Below, one piece after another: positions 1 through 8,206 of a stretch of DNA of 64,000 nt. The notes beneath the pieces were generated by a model, which was not told where the DNA came from, made no database searches, and saw nothing but the letters and a program-made list of their open reading frames with translations. Position 1 is the first letter of the stretch. Every line of letters starts with the position of its first letter. A program made the translations under genes and the position numbers. This DNA comes from Sphingorhabdus sp. (GTDB lineage: Bacteria > Pseudomonadota > Alphaproteobacteria > Sphingomonadales > Sphingomonadaceae), in the NCBI GenBank assembly GCA_036479555.1, contig JAZGFP010000002.1, positions 286,802 through 350,801 of the forward strand, written 5' to 3'.

Positions 1-827
1 ACGCAGGTGAGCACCAGATCGGTCGCGGTGATCCCTTCGGCCATCGCGCCGGTAAGTTTGAAGCCAACCACTTCGGGGATCAGCATCGAAACCGGTTGCC
101 CCAGCATCGCCGCCTCCGCCTCAATCCCGCCCACGCCCCAGCCAAGCACGCCAAGGCCGTTGATCATCGTCGTGTGGCTATCGGTGCCAACGCAGGTATC
201 GGGGTAGGCGACCATATCGCCGCCAGCATCCTTGCTCGACCAGACGCCCTTCGCAATATTTTCCAGATTAACCTGATGGCAAATGCCCGTTCCCGGCGGC
301 ACAACGGAGAAATTATCAAACGCCTGCCCGCCCCATTTGAGGAATTCATACCGCTCCATATTGCGCGAATATTCCATCTCGACATTATGCGCGAAGGCAT
401 CGGGCGTGCCGAATTCATCGACCATAACGCTGTGATCAATCACAAGATGCACCGGCACCTGCGGGTTAATCTTCTCCGCATCGCCGCCGAGCGCCTTTAT
501 CCCGTCGCGCATCGCCGCGAGGTCAACAACAGCAGGAACGCCGGTAAAATCCTGCATGAGCACACGAGCAGGCCGATATTGAATCTCATGCGCGGATTTA
601 GCTTCCTTCTGCCAATCCACCACCGCCTGCGCGTCCGCCGCAGAAACAGTCGCCCCGCCATCCTCAAACCGCAGCATATTTTCAAGCAATACCTTCAGCG
701 TCATCGGCAACCGCGAAACATCGCCCAATTTCTCCGCCGCCTTGGCGAGCGAATAATAGGCGTAGCTCTTGGAGCCCACATTGAGCGTGTCGCGGGTGGA
801 AAGCGTGTCTTTGCCGGTGGCTGTCAT
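1..827 (-). CDS. acnA: Aconitate hydratase A, 5' portion (runs off left edge)
   Basis: Manual translation from ATG at 827: [27 protein letters not shown]...[19 protein letters not shown]...[24 protein letters not shown]...[25 protein letters not shown]. Not in ORF track because no stop lies in the window. Confidence 0.97.
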   Translation of the reverse strand, partial: MTATGKDTLSTRDTLNVGSKSYAYYSLAKAAEKLGDVSRLPMTLKVLLENMLRFEDGGATVSAADAQAVVDWQKEAKSAHEIQYRPARVLMQDFTGVPAVVDLAAMRDGIKALGGDAEKINPQVPVHLVIDHSVMVDEFGTPDAFAHNVEMEYSRNMERYEFLKWGGQAFDNFSVVPPGTGICHQVNLENIAKGVWSSKDAGGDMVAYPDTCVGTDSHTTMINGLGVLGWGVGGIEAEAAMLGQPVSMLIPEVVGFKLTGAMAEGITATDLVLTC

Positions 828-916
828 GGGAGTTCCTTATGTGAAGAGAATCTTGTTTTTGTTAGTTCCCCGCCTGTTAGCGGATATCGCCGGGAGGAGC
901 AATAAGGGGGAGTGTT

Positions 917-942
917 CGGGGACATGCTGTTGCGTGTCCCCG
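917..942. repeat. Short REP-like hairpin CGGGGACA-N10-TGTCCCCG at left border of AT-rich island
   Basis: 8-bp perfect inverted repeat read directly. Confidence 0.5.
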
Positions 943-1087
943 TGGCGCGGCAGTCAGTTGAATTAAGGGGCAAAGTAAACAGTCACCGCAGTTTCGTAAT
1001 TGCTTAGCAGTTTTCAGTTTATGATACGCGTGAATTGAACTAGGTATCTAGATCATATAAATTGGTCACGTTAGGAGCGAATTTTCC

Positions 1088-1828
1088 ATGTCAACTATCA
1101 GCACAATAGAATGGACGGATGCTACGTGGAATCCAGTAACGGGATGTACAAAAATAAGCCGAGGCTGCGACAATTGCTACGCTGAAACGTTCTCTGAAAG
1201 ATTCAGGGGAGTGGAGGGGCATCACTTCAATTCTGGCTTTGATTTAACACTTCGAGCGGAGCGGCTGGAGCAACCACTTAAATGGAAGTTGCCTAAAATA
1301 ATATTTGTCAATTCGATGAGTGATCTCTTCCACAAGGACATTCCCACTGAGTTTATCGATAGCGTTTTTGATACCATGGAAAAAGCTCACTGGCACATTT
1401 TCCAATTACTGACCAAAAGAAGTTCATTGATGAAGAAATATATTAACAACAGATACGCGAGCAACCCTTGCCCAAATAACATATGGATTGGTGTTTCTGT
1501 TGAAGATTCTCCTGCAAAGAGTAGAATTAAACATCTACAAGATGCCAATATTTCTACGCGGTTTTTATCTATTGAGCCGCTGATTGCAGATGTCGGAGAA
1601 TTACAGTTGAATGATATCAATTGGGTGATTGTCGGAGGTGAAAGTGGAAATCAGGCACGACCCATGAACCCAAAGTGGGCAATCGGTGTAAGAGACCAAT
1701 GTATGGCAAGCGGAGTGGCATTTTTCTTCAAGCAGTGGGGTAGGTTTGGGCAGGATGGTATCGCAAGAAGCAAGAAAGCCAATGGTCGAGAACTATTTGG
1801 TGAAGTTTACGATGGGATGCCAATTTGA
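1088..1828 (+). CDS. DUF5131 (phage Gp37/Gp68-like) protein with radical-SAM-like Cx6Cx2C motif
   Basis: IEWTDATWNPVTGCTKISRGCDNCYA, IFVNSMSDLFH, FQLLTKR, WVIVGGESG, FFFKQWG motifs. Confidence 0.93.
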   Translation: MSTISTIEWTDATWNPVTGCTKISRGCDNCYAETFSERFRGVEGHHFNSGFDLTLRAERLEQPLKWKLPKIIFVNSMSDLFHKDIPTEFIDSVFDTMEKAHWHIFQLLTKRSSLMKKYINNRYASNPCPNNIWIGVSVEDSPAKSRIKHLQDANISTRFLSIEPLIADVGELQLNDINWVIVGGESGNQARPMNPKWAIGVRDQCMASGVAFFFKQWGRFGQDGIARSKKANGRELFGEVYDGMPI

Positions 1829-3081
1829 CAAACCCTCCACCGACGAATTTTCTGTGGGAAGGTGAATTGCCTGAACGAATGATCCACAGTTCAATTAAGC
1901 ATGACCTTATAAGGCAATATATTCGCGACTACATTGCTATACTAACCAATGTTCCAAAACGAAGTAAGCTGCGGCTCACACTGTTTGACGGATTTGCCGG
2001 AGGCGGGGTTTTCTCGGAAAACGGTCTAATTGTTCCTGGAACATCGCTAATTCTCGGAGAAGAGATAATGCGAGCCAAGGCTGAATTTGGAGATGCGCGC
2101 AACATCGAGTTTGATATTGATCTTTGGGCGGTTGAAAGAAATAAGACGAATTATGAGCAGCTAAAGCACACCGTTGAGAATTCCGAATTCTACAACAATT
2201 TTCCGGGCAGAGTTCATCTTAGAAATTGCAGTTATGAAGAAGCGCTCAGAGAATCTATCGAAAGGATGCTAAAGGTACGCAATACCACTGGCCGTTCGAT
2301 TTTTTTGCTCGATCAAACAGGATTTGGACAGGTTGATTTCGATCATGTTAAATCAATTTTTGAGCAACTGAAATCACCTGAAGTTATCATGACAATGTCT
2401 GTAAGTTGGTTGGTCGACATTGCTGGAAACAACCCTACTTTTCTCAAAAAAGTTGCTTCACTTGGTATTGATAAAAACGAACTTCGTGAATTGTTGGAAT
2501 CCAAGCGAAGTCAAGCAAGCCGATATGGCGGTCAGAAGTGGGTCAGAAAATATATCACACAGCATATCGGAGCCGCATACAACACCTGCTTTTTCTTGAA
2601 ATCTCGACCTTCCAATAAGGATATTTGGCTGTTGCATTTCGCTAATAATTGGCGTGCGCGTGATGCGATGATGGAAGTCCATTATAAATTTGCAAATAAA
2701 ACACACTTTTATGGCAAGGCTGGGTTCGAAATGCTTGGATTCGATGTAAATTCTAATGTAGATCAAGTTGAAATGTTTAATTTTACCAAAACAGATGGAG
2801 AAAATTCAAGCATTGCTATGCTTGAGGACATTCCCCGGTCGCTGATAGATCGCGGAGGAGCAAACGGAATTTCATTAGGGGATCTGTTCGACCGTGAGTT
2901 GAACGATGCAACAACCACTCTTCGGCAATTTGAATTGGGCGCTGTTTTGGCAAGGGGTAACAAGGTTTTGGAAATTTTGACAGCTGATGGGAGGACTCGC
3001 CCTCATGCCAAATGGCTCCGCCGCGATGATGTTTTGAGAATACCTGATCAAAAAAGCCTTTGGACAAATTTTGCCCGATAG
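1825..3081 (+). CDS. tcmP: Three-Cys-motif partner protein TcmP family (SAM-dependent methyltransferase-like fold, probable C-terminal winged helix)
   Basis: HSxIKHxLIxxY N-terminus, LFDGFAGGG motif-I-like loop, FLLDQTGF; 4-nt TTGA overlap with DUF5131, its usual partner. Confidence 0.85.
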   Translation: MTNPPPTNFLWEGELPERMIHSSIKHDLIRQYIRDYIAILTNVPKRSKLRLTLFDGFAGGGVFSENGLIVPGTSLILGEEIMRAKAEFGDARNIEFDIDLWAVERNKTNYEQLKHTVENSEFYNNFPGRVHLRNCSYEEALRESIERMLKVRNTTGRSIFLLDQTGFGQVDFDHVKSIFEQLKSPEVIMTMSVSWLVDIAGNNPTFLKKVASLGIDKNELRELLESKRSQASRYGGQKWVRKYITQHIGAAYNTCFFLKSRPSNKDIWLLHFANNWRARDAMMEVHYKFANKTHFYGKAGFEMLGFDVNSNVDQVEMFNFTKTDGENSSIAMLEDIPRSLIDRGGANGISLGDLFDRELNDATTTLRQFELGAVLARGNKVLEILTADGRTRPHAKWLRRDDVLRIPDQKSLWTNFAR

Positions 3082-3763
3082 AAAGAATTCGATAACCCCT
3101 CTGATAAGAAACAGCGCCGACGCTCTGTTAAAAAAATTCGGTGAGGGAAACGCGACTCCCGGTTCAGGCAGTGCCGCCGCCTTTATGGGGTTGCTGTCTT
3201 GTAGTATGATTTTGGCGGTTGTCCGTAAATCAAAAACAAAATCAGTCAAAATATCAGAGAGTCGCCTCGACTTTATCGAAGAGAGAACGATCAAAGCCGA
3301 CTTGAGGCTGAAGGACTTGTTTCAAAAAGATTCAGATGAATTTGAAGAGGTTGTTCGACTACGGCGAGAAAGGGAAGAAGCAAAAAACGAACAGCAAGCA
3401 AGACTACTCCAACGAAGAGCTATCGACCGATTGGAAGAAACCAATAAGATAATATTTGAAATTGCCGAAACATGCTTGGAATTGGTTGATTACGCGACTG
3501 AACTTTTTGAAGTTGGCTGGCCTCACGTGAGAGGCGATTCAGGAGCCGGAATCAGTTCCGCTATTTCGGGTGCCATGTCGTGTATTTTCGTTGCTAACCT
3601 TAATCTAAAAAAATTCGAACGGCGGCTAAGTGCGGCAGGATATGCCGAAAAAATAGAGGGACTAACAAACAAGATATCTGCTTCTCATGATAAAGCACTT
3701 TCTTGCATTTCCCAACTATCTAGCGAAGCCGACGTAAGCCCGACCTTTTTTGACAACCGATGA
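3071..3763 (+). CDS. Cyclodeaminase/cyclohydrolase family (FTCD C-terminal domain-like) protein
   Basis: ATPGSGSAAA (family PGGGSxxA), LFQKDSDEF, GDSGAG...ANLNL; all-helical; TTG start overlaps tcmP stop by 11 nt (start uncertain). Confidence 0.8.
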   Translation: MPDRKNSITPLIRNSADALLKKFGEGNATPGSGSAAAFMGLLSCSMILAVVRKSKTKSVKISESRLDFIEERTIKADLRLKDLFQKDSDEFEEVVRLRREREEAKNEQQARLLQRRAIDRLEETNKIIFEIAETCLELVDYATELFEVGWPHVRGDSGAGISSAISGAMSCIFVANLNLKKFERRLSAAGYAEKIEGLTNKISASHDKALSCISQLSSEADVSPTFFDNR

Positions 3764-4093
3764 TGCGCTTCCCAATATCAGGATTACGGTGACAGGTGCA
3801 ATAACCCCTAAACCCCCGCTGTCCTACACGTCCTCATCCAATCACCCCCCTTGCAATGTAGGATATCGCCTGCAACAATCCTTGTTGACATCGGTAACCC
3901 GCTGACGGGCAGCAGCAGCCTTTCTGCCCGTATCCTCGCCGGAGAGCGCCTCACCGCCAGACGCACGCTCACTGGCCCGCAACATTCTTGCGCTTTCGCA
4001 ATATACCGCAATAGGCGTCACTCCTGTCACCCCGGTGTCTCCTTGGTGTAACCTTCCCTTGCCTTGCCGGGCAGAATTGCGGTGCCAGCTTAC

Positions 4094-4167
4094 CTCGTCT
4101 CCGCTCGAGGCGAACGGGAGAGGTTGCGCGCGCATCATTCATACTTCGCCCTTCGTCAAGCTCAGGG
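4094..4167. repeat. Remnants of two alphaproteobacterial REP families (CTCGTCTCCGCTCGAGGCGAACGG; CCCTTCGTCAAGCTCAGGG)
   Basis: Second motif matches the TTCGACAGGCTCAG arm at 46978-46991; partner arms are missing. Confidence 0.4.
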
Positions 4168-4267
4168 CCCGATGCGCAGGTGGATGATGCGCTCGCCGAG
4201 CAGGGGCTTTGTGCGCGCAGCATCGCGCTTTGTCCTTCGCTCTTTGACCGGCGCATGGCCTCAACCC

Positions 4268-4460
4268 GATTTATCTGTCAGGGTTGGCAGAGGCCAACCG
4301 CGACACCAGCCCGCACCCCCGCCCGAACCACCCATGACATTATACTGAATTGGGTGGTTCGGGCGGGGGTGCGGGCTGGTGCTGCACCAAAAAGGCGCTT
4401 CGAGCGCTTTTGCAAATAGATCGCCGAGGTTGGCCGGGGGCCAATCCTGACAGACAAATC
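4268..4460. repeat. Nested palindromic element: perfect 31-bp inner inverted repeat (4304-4381) inside an imperfect ~32-bp outer inverted repeat
   Basis: Inner arms ACCAGCCCGCACCCCCGCCCGAACCACCCA and exact reverse complement; outer arms 4268-4299 and 4428-4460. Confidence 0.85.
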
Positions 4461-4480
4461 ACCTCGATCTTTACCCGCTG

Positions 4481-4488
4481 TTAACCAT
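4481..4488 (+). promoter_or_regulatory. TTAACCAT motif (CtrA-type half site) upstream of DUF11-like gene
   Basis: Exact 8-mer about 67 nt upstream of ATG 4555; CtrA binding is inference. Confidence 0.4.
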
Positions 4489-4554
4489 CTTTGGGCGATA
4501 GCTGTTGATGCGATCCTTTTATGGTCACGAATAATGATAAGGGAAGCAAGGATT

Positions 4555-5160
4555 ATGACGAAGATTTTTACGCTGAAAACGGCTTATATGGCGGCGCTTA
4601 TGGCTGCTGCGGCATCCGGTTCGCTGGTCGCCATGGCGATTTCAGTAAAGGCGGAGGCGCGCACGGTTTCGGCCGCTGCAGCGCTTTTGCAGGGCGTAAC
4701 GCTTTCTAGCAAGGCGATGGTTGAGCGCGTGGAGAAATCCGCCGATGGCAGCGAGAATGTCGTGCTCAAAAGCCCCAAGGACGTGATTGTCATCCCCGGT
4801 GACAAGGTGATTTTCACGCTGAGCTATACCAATAAAGGTAGCGAAGCTGCGTCGGGATTTCGCGCGACCAACCCGATGCCCGCCCCGATCCGGTTTATCG
4901 AAGCTGCCGAGGGCTGGGCGCTGGTGTCGGTCGATGGCGGCAAGAATTTTGGACAGCTTTCCGATCTGACCGTGATCGAGCGGCACGAAGAAGCTGCGAT
5001 ACTTGACCCCGAAAGCGGCGAGACAGTGCAGAAGGCTTCCTCGGCAGACGTCACCCGCGCGGCTATTGCCCAGGACGTGACCCACGTCCGCTGGGCCTTT
5101 ACCAAACCAATTGCGCCCGGTGAAAAGGGCAGCGTCTCCTATCGCGGGGTGGTGAAGTAA
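4555..5160 (+). CDS. Exported DUF11/conserved-repeat-domain-like beta-sandwich protein
   Basis: Signal-peptide-like N-terminus; PGDKVIFTLSYTNKG...TNPMP, SVDGGKNFG, VTHVRW, VSYRGVVK; start moved to ATG 4555. Confidence 0.7.
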   Translation: MTKIFTLKTAYMAALMAAAASGSLVAMAISVKAEARTVSAAAALLQGVTLSSKAMVERVEKSADGSENVVLKSPKDVIVIPGDKVIFTLSYTNKGSEAASGFRATNPMPAPIRFIEAAEGWALVSVDGGKNFGQLSDLTVIERHEEAAILDPESGETVQKASSADVTRAAIAQDVTHVRWAFTKPIAPGEKGSVSYRGVVK

Positions 5161-5172
5161 GGTTGGGTATTA

Positions 5173-5346
5173 TTTGTCAGAATTTGCTAGCGCAAATCGC
5201 GGCGATTCATTTGTCAGACCCGACCTTCGTCGGACGCGGCACCAGCCCGCTCCCCCACCCGAACCACCCAATCAGTATAATGTCACGGGTGGTTCGGGTG
5301 GTGGAGAGGGCCGGTGCCGCGATTTGCGAAAGCAAATTCTGACAAA
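5173..5346. repeat. Second nested palindromic element (inner 5241-5315; outer 31-bp inverted repeat 5173-5203 / 5316-5346)
   Basis: Same inner family as 4304-4381 in inverted orientation (loops are near reverse complements); outer arms differ at 2 of 31 positions. Confidence 0.85.
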
Positions 5347-5466
5347 CAAAAAAACCCTGCCGCGATTTGAGAAAGTGAATTCACGTAAACAACCCCCCAC
5401 GCGCACCCATTTTGTTAACGCTTCATGCCGCAGCCTGTCCCGCGCTGACACAGGCGGAGCGGCGTT

Positions 5467-5502
5467 ATGGTTAACGGCCGGGAAATTCAGCGCGTTAACC
5501 AT
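5467..5502. promoter_or_regulatory. Inverted pair ATGGTTAACG-N16-CGTTAACCAT upstream of lipoprotein gene
   Basis: 10-bp perfect inverted repeat containing TTAACCAT on both strands. Confidence 0.5.
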
Positions 5503-5571
5503 TTTTTGGGCTAGATTTGCGGATTGGTTTCAGACAGCTTGGTCATCAACAAGTGAATTGGAGCATCGATC

Positions 5572-6384
5572 ATGCACAGCATCACCAAGACCTTATTGAC
5601 GGCAGCCGCCGCGCTTACGCTTCCGTTCGGCCTTGCCGCATGCAGCAGCGAACCCGACAATAGCGAAGCGGTTGCCCAGCTCGACAAGAAGCTGGCTGGC
5701 AGGGACGCGGACCCCGCGATGAATAGCGCGCTTAATGACCGCATCCTCGTCGATCCCGATCTTACCGATAGCGCGAATGTTACCGCAGTAAAGCCTGCCG
5801 ATGCTCCGCTTAATGGACAAACACCGCCGGACAATGGCTACCGAGGCGATACACCGGGCAAGGGCCGGGGCAATGGCAAGCGCGCGATCGTTTCTGCCGA
5901 AGAGCTTAACAATGCAAAACTGATGCGCGCGCCGAAGCCTACAGTGGTCGCGGCGCAAGATTGCAAAAGCTGCGGCAGCAAGCGCGCAACCACTTTGGGC
6001 GGACTGGCCAATGATCAAGGAATGCAGCGCGGTAAAGGTACCTGCGATGCGAAGCTACGATATGGCGCCAAATGGGCGACCCGTATGCCGACCGAATTTC
6101 CGGTCTATCCAAAGGGCCGCGTAAAGGAAGCCGCCGGTATAGATGGCGGCAAATGCGATATCCGCGTGGCCAGCTTTACCACCAGCGCAAAAATGCAGAA
6201 TGTCGTCGATTATTATTATACCCGCGCAAAACGTTCGGGCTATTCGGCGGAATATCAATTGCGTGCCGGCGAGCATGCGTTGGGCGGCGTGCGCAAAAAT
6301 GATGGCGGTGCCTTTTTTATCACATTCAACCGGCATCCGGGCGGGGGCACGACCGTCGATATAGTGGCCAATAACGGCCGCTAA
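5572..6384 (+). CDS. Hypothetical lipoprotein
   Basis: LAAC lipobox at residue 24; Cys-containing C-terminal domain; 270 aa with coding-like composition. Confidence 0.8.
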   Translation: MHSITKTLLTAAAALTLPFGLAACSSEPDNSEAVAQLDKKLAGRDADPAMNSALNDRILVDPDLTDSANVTAVKPADAPLNGQTPPDNGYRGDTPGKGRGNGKRAIVSAEELNNAKLMRAPKPTVVAAQDCKSCGSKRATTLGGLANDQGMQRGKGTCDAKLRYGAKWATRMPTEFPVYPKGRVKEAAGIDGGKCDIRVASFTTSAKMQNVVDYYYTRAKRSGYSAEYQLRAGEHALGGVRKNDGGAFFITFNRHPGGGTTVDIVANNGR

Positions 6385-6448
6385 ACCGCGTAAATTACAA
6401 GTAAGCACGACTATGACTAAGCAAGTACTACACAAGGGGAATACGACC

Positions 6449-7006
6449 ATGAAGAAACTGATTGCAACCGCGCTGTTTGGCGCAACAATGCTGACGGCAG
6501 CTACATCTGCCTCTGCTACCACATATATCTACAAACAGAATAACGGCGCGGTATTGACGCTTGATACAGCCAACAACCGTGGCACGCTGATCGGGCGCGA
6601 CATTAATGTCAGCTTTACCAGCAGCGATCTTGCCAATTTCACCGGCGGCGCGAAGCCGAGCGGTTCATTCACGCTCGATAACCTTGATGGATACCGCAAG
6701 ATCCGCGGTCGCCGCTATTATGACAATCCGTCGCATACGCAAAAGCTGATCATCTCAGACAATGGCCGCACCAACCTGTGGTCTCACTGGGGTACGACCC
6801 CGCGCTATGGCGACTATATCACTTATGTGCGCAAATATTATCCGCCCACAACCGGAAGTTCGGGCGGATCCACGAGCACCGGCGGCAGCACGGGCGGCGG
6901 ATCAACCGGCGGCACTGATGTTCCGGCACCCGGCATGCTCGCACTCTTCGGCCTTGGCGCAGGCGCACTAGCCTTCCGCCGCCGCCGGAACAAGAAAAAC
7001 GCATAA
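6449..7006 (+). CDS. PEP-CTERM (VPAP variant) sorting-domain surface protein
   Basis: Signal peptide MKKLIATALFG..., Gly/Ser/Thr linker, C-terminal VPAPGMLALFGLGAGALAFRRRR. Confidence 0.9.
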   Translation: MKKLIATALFGATMLTAATSASATTYIYKQNNGAVLTLDTANNRGTLIGRDINVSFTSSDLANFTGGAKPSGSFTLDNLDGYRKIRGRRYYDNPSHTQKLIISDNGRTNLWSHWGTTPRYGDYITYVRKYYPPTTGSSGGSTSTGGSTGGGSTGGTDVPAPGMLALFGLGAGALAFRRRRNKKNA

Positions 7007-7078
7007 GCCAGAAGTTTGACGGCCCTTCGAGGACCAGTATGTTTCGTTGGGGCCTTTACCGAAAGCCCCAAATAACTG

Positions 7079-7120
7079 AGCGCAGGAGACCAGCAATGGT
7101 TTCCTGCGCTTTTGTTTTTT
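7079..7120 (+). terminator. Rho-independent terminator after PEP-CTERM gene
   Basis: AGCGCAGGAGACC-agcaat-GGTTTCCTGCGCT followed by TTTGTTTTTT. Confidence 0.8.
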
Positions 7121-7229
7121 GTGAGGCGGAGAGGGTTTTCGGGCAGCGATATACCGACAGGTGTTTTTGGGTGTGATTGTCACTGAAGCTAAGAACGATT
7201 GCTGGGAAATGGCGCGCCATGCTCCAAAA

Positions 7230-7502
7230 TCAAACCTCCACACCCCGCACTAAAATCCGGTAGTCCTGCATCGGGATGCATAGCTGCGCTTCACTACCTT
7301 CGCCGCTTCTACCTCCCTCGCGGGCATAGTGGGCGTCGATCATGCGGCGTAGGCGGCCCATCTGGACGCGGGGGTAGCTGTCCAGTTGAGGATCGAAGTC
7401 GCAGGGCTTTCCAAGTGCTTCAACCGCGATTGTGTAGGATTTCAAGTGAAAGGGGCTGCCTGACATGCGGTGATCGACGGAGGTAATTTTTCCGGGTTTC
7501 AT
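7230..7502 (-). CDS. Cassette 1 gene E: stand-alone 90-aa homologue of the N-terminal (putative winged-helix) domain of the 17342-19045 receptor
   Basis: KSYTIAVEALGKPCDFDPQLDSYPRVQMGRLRRM is 23/34 identical to the receptor segment; ATG overlaps the JAB stop (ATGA). Confidence 0.7.
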   Translation of the reverse strand: MKPGKITSVDHRMSGSPFHLKSYTIAVEALGKPCDFDPQLDSYPRVQMGRLRRMIDAHYAREGGRSGEGSEAQLCIPMQDYRILVRGVEV

Positions 7503-8206
7503 AACGTTGCTCCTTTCTCTTGGCTGCGTGCAAACAGGCCCTCGCAACTGCGGCGCAGGCTGTTGCTGCCCCCACGTCCGACAATGATGTGATCGAGCAG
7601 CGCTATACCCATCAGGCTTGCAGCCGCGGCGATTTCTCTAGTCAGCCTCAAGTCTTCGTGGCTCGGCTGTGTGTCGCCTGATGGATGATTGTGGACCAGG
7701 ATCAGCGCGGAAGCATTTTCAGCGAGCGCATGGCGGATGATTTCGCGCGGATGGGCCTGCACCTTGTCAACGGTGCCCCGCCACAGCGTGTGATCGGCTA
7801 GGAGGTGGTTGGCGCTATCGAGGAAAAATACGCGGAATGTTTCAATCTCTAGGCCCGCCATATCAAGCTGCAGATAGGGGAATAGATCGTCAGGTGCGGC
7901 GATAACGTTGCCACCGGCGAGGCGATGCTGAGTGCCCGAGATAATGGTGTTGACCAAATATCGCAAGCGCGCGCCAATGCGCTGCGATGTGCCAAGGTTT
8001 TCGCCGCCGGTCGTTAACACTTTGGCAAATATGTGATCGAGCGAACCATGGCGCGCGATCATTTGCCGACTGGTGGACAATGCGCCGGCGCCGGCCGGGC
8101 CGGCAAGAAGGTCTGTGAGGACGGCTAGGTCGGTGTCTCGGCCTTGCTGCGCTGCACATGCCGATATGTCGCGATCAGCAGCATCAGCATCTGCGGATAA
8201 GACCAT
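7499..8206 (-). CDS. Cassette 1 gene D: RadC-like JAB/MPN-domain protein
   Basis: IETFRVFFLD, HPREII, LILVHNHPSGDTQPSHED, LDHIIVG; start inferred at ATG 8206. Confidence 0.88.
   Translation of the reverse strand: MVLSADADAADRDISACAAQQGRDTDLAVLTDLLAGPAGAGALSTSRQMIARHGSLDHIFAKVLTTGGENLGTSQRIGARLRYLVNTIISGTQHRLAGGNVIAAPDDLFPYLQLDMAGLEIETFRVFFLDSANHLLADHTLWRGTVDKVQAHPREIIRHALAENASALILVHNHPSGDTQPSHEDLRLTREIAAAASLMGIALLDHIIVGRGGSNSLRRSCEGLFARSQEKGATL

Noticed and set aside
96-905. 269-aa plus-strand ORF
   Set aside because: Antisense shadow of acnA; no recognisable motifs. The many other antisense or nested ORFs over housekeeping genes were rejected for the same reason.
4023-4042. Pho-box-like CTGTCAC-N4-GTGTCTC
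   Set aside because: Second repeat is poor and there is no adjacent downstream gene
3808-4419. Cluster of 66-98-aa ORFs on both strands
   Set aside because: They translate repeat sequence (e.g. PAPPPEPP) and show no family motif or SD
5174-5599. 141-aa ORF
   Set aside because: Made largely of the nested palindrome and promoter DNA
6968-7243. Possible frameshifted continuation of the truncated receptor
   Set aside because: No similarity to the 17342-19045 protein; runs through the terminator and antisense into the PEP-CTERM gene
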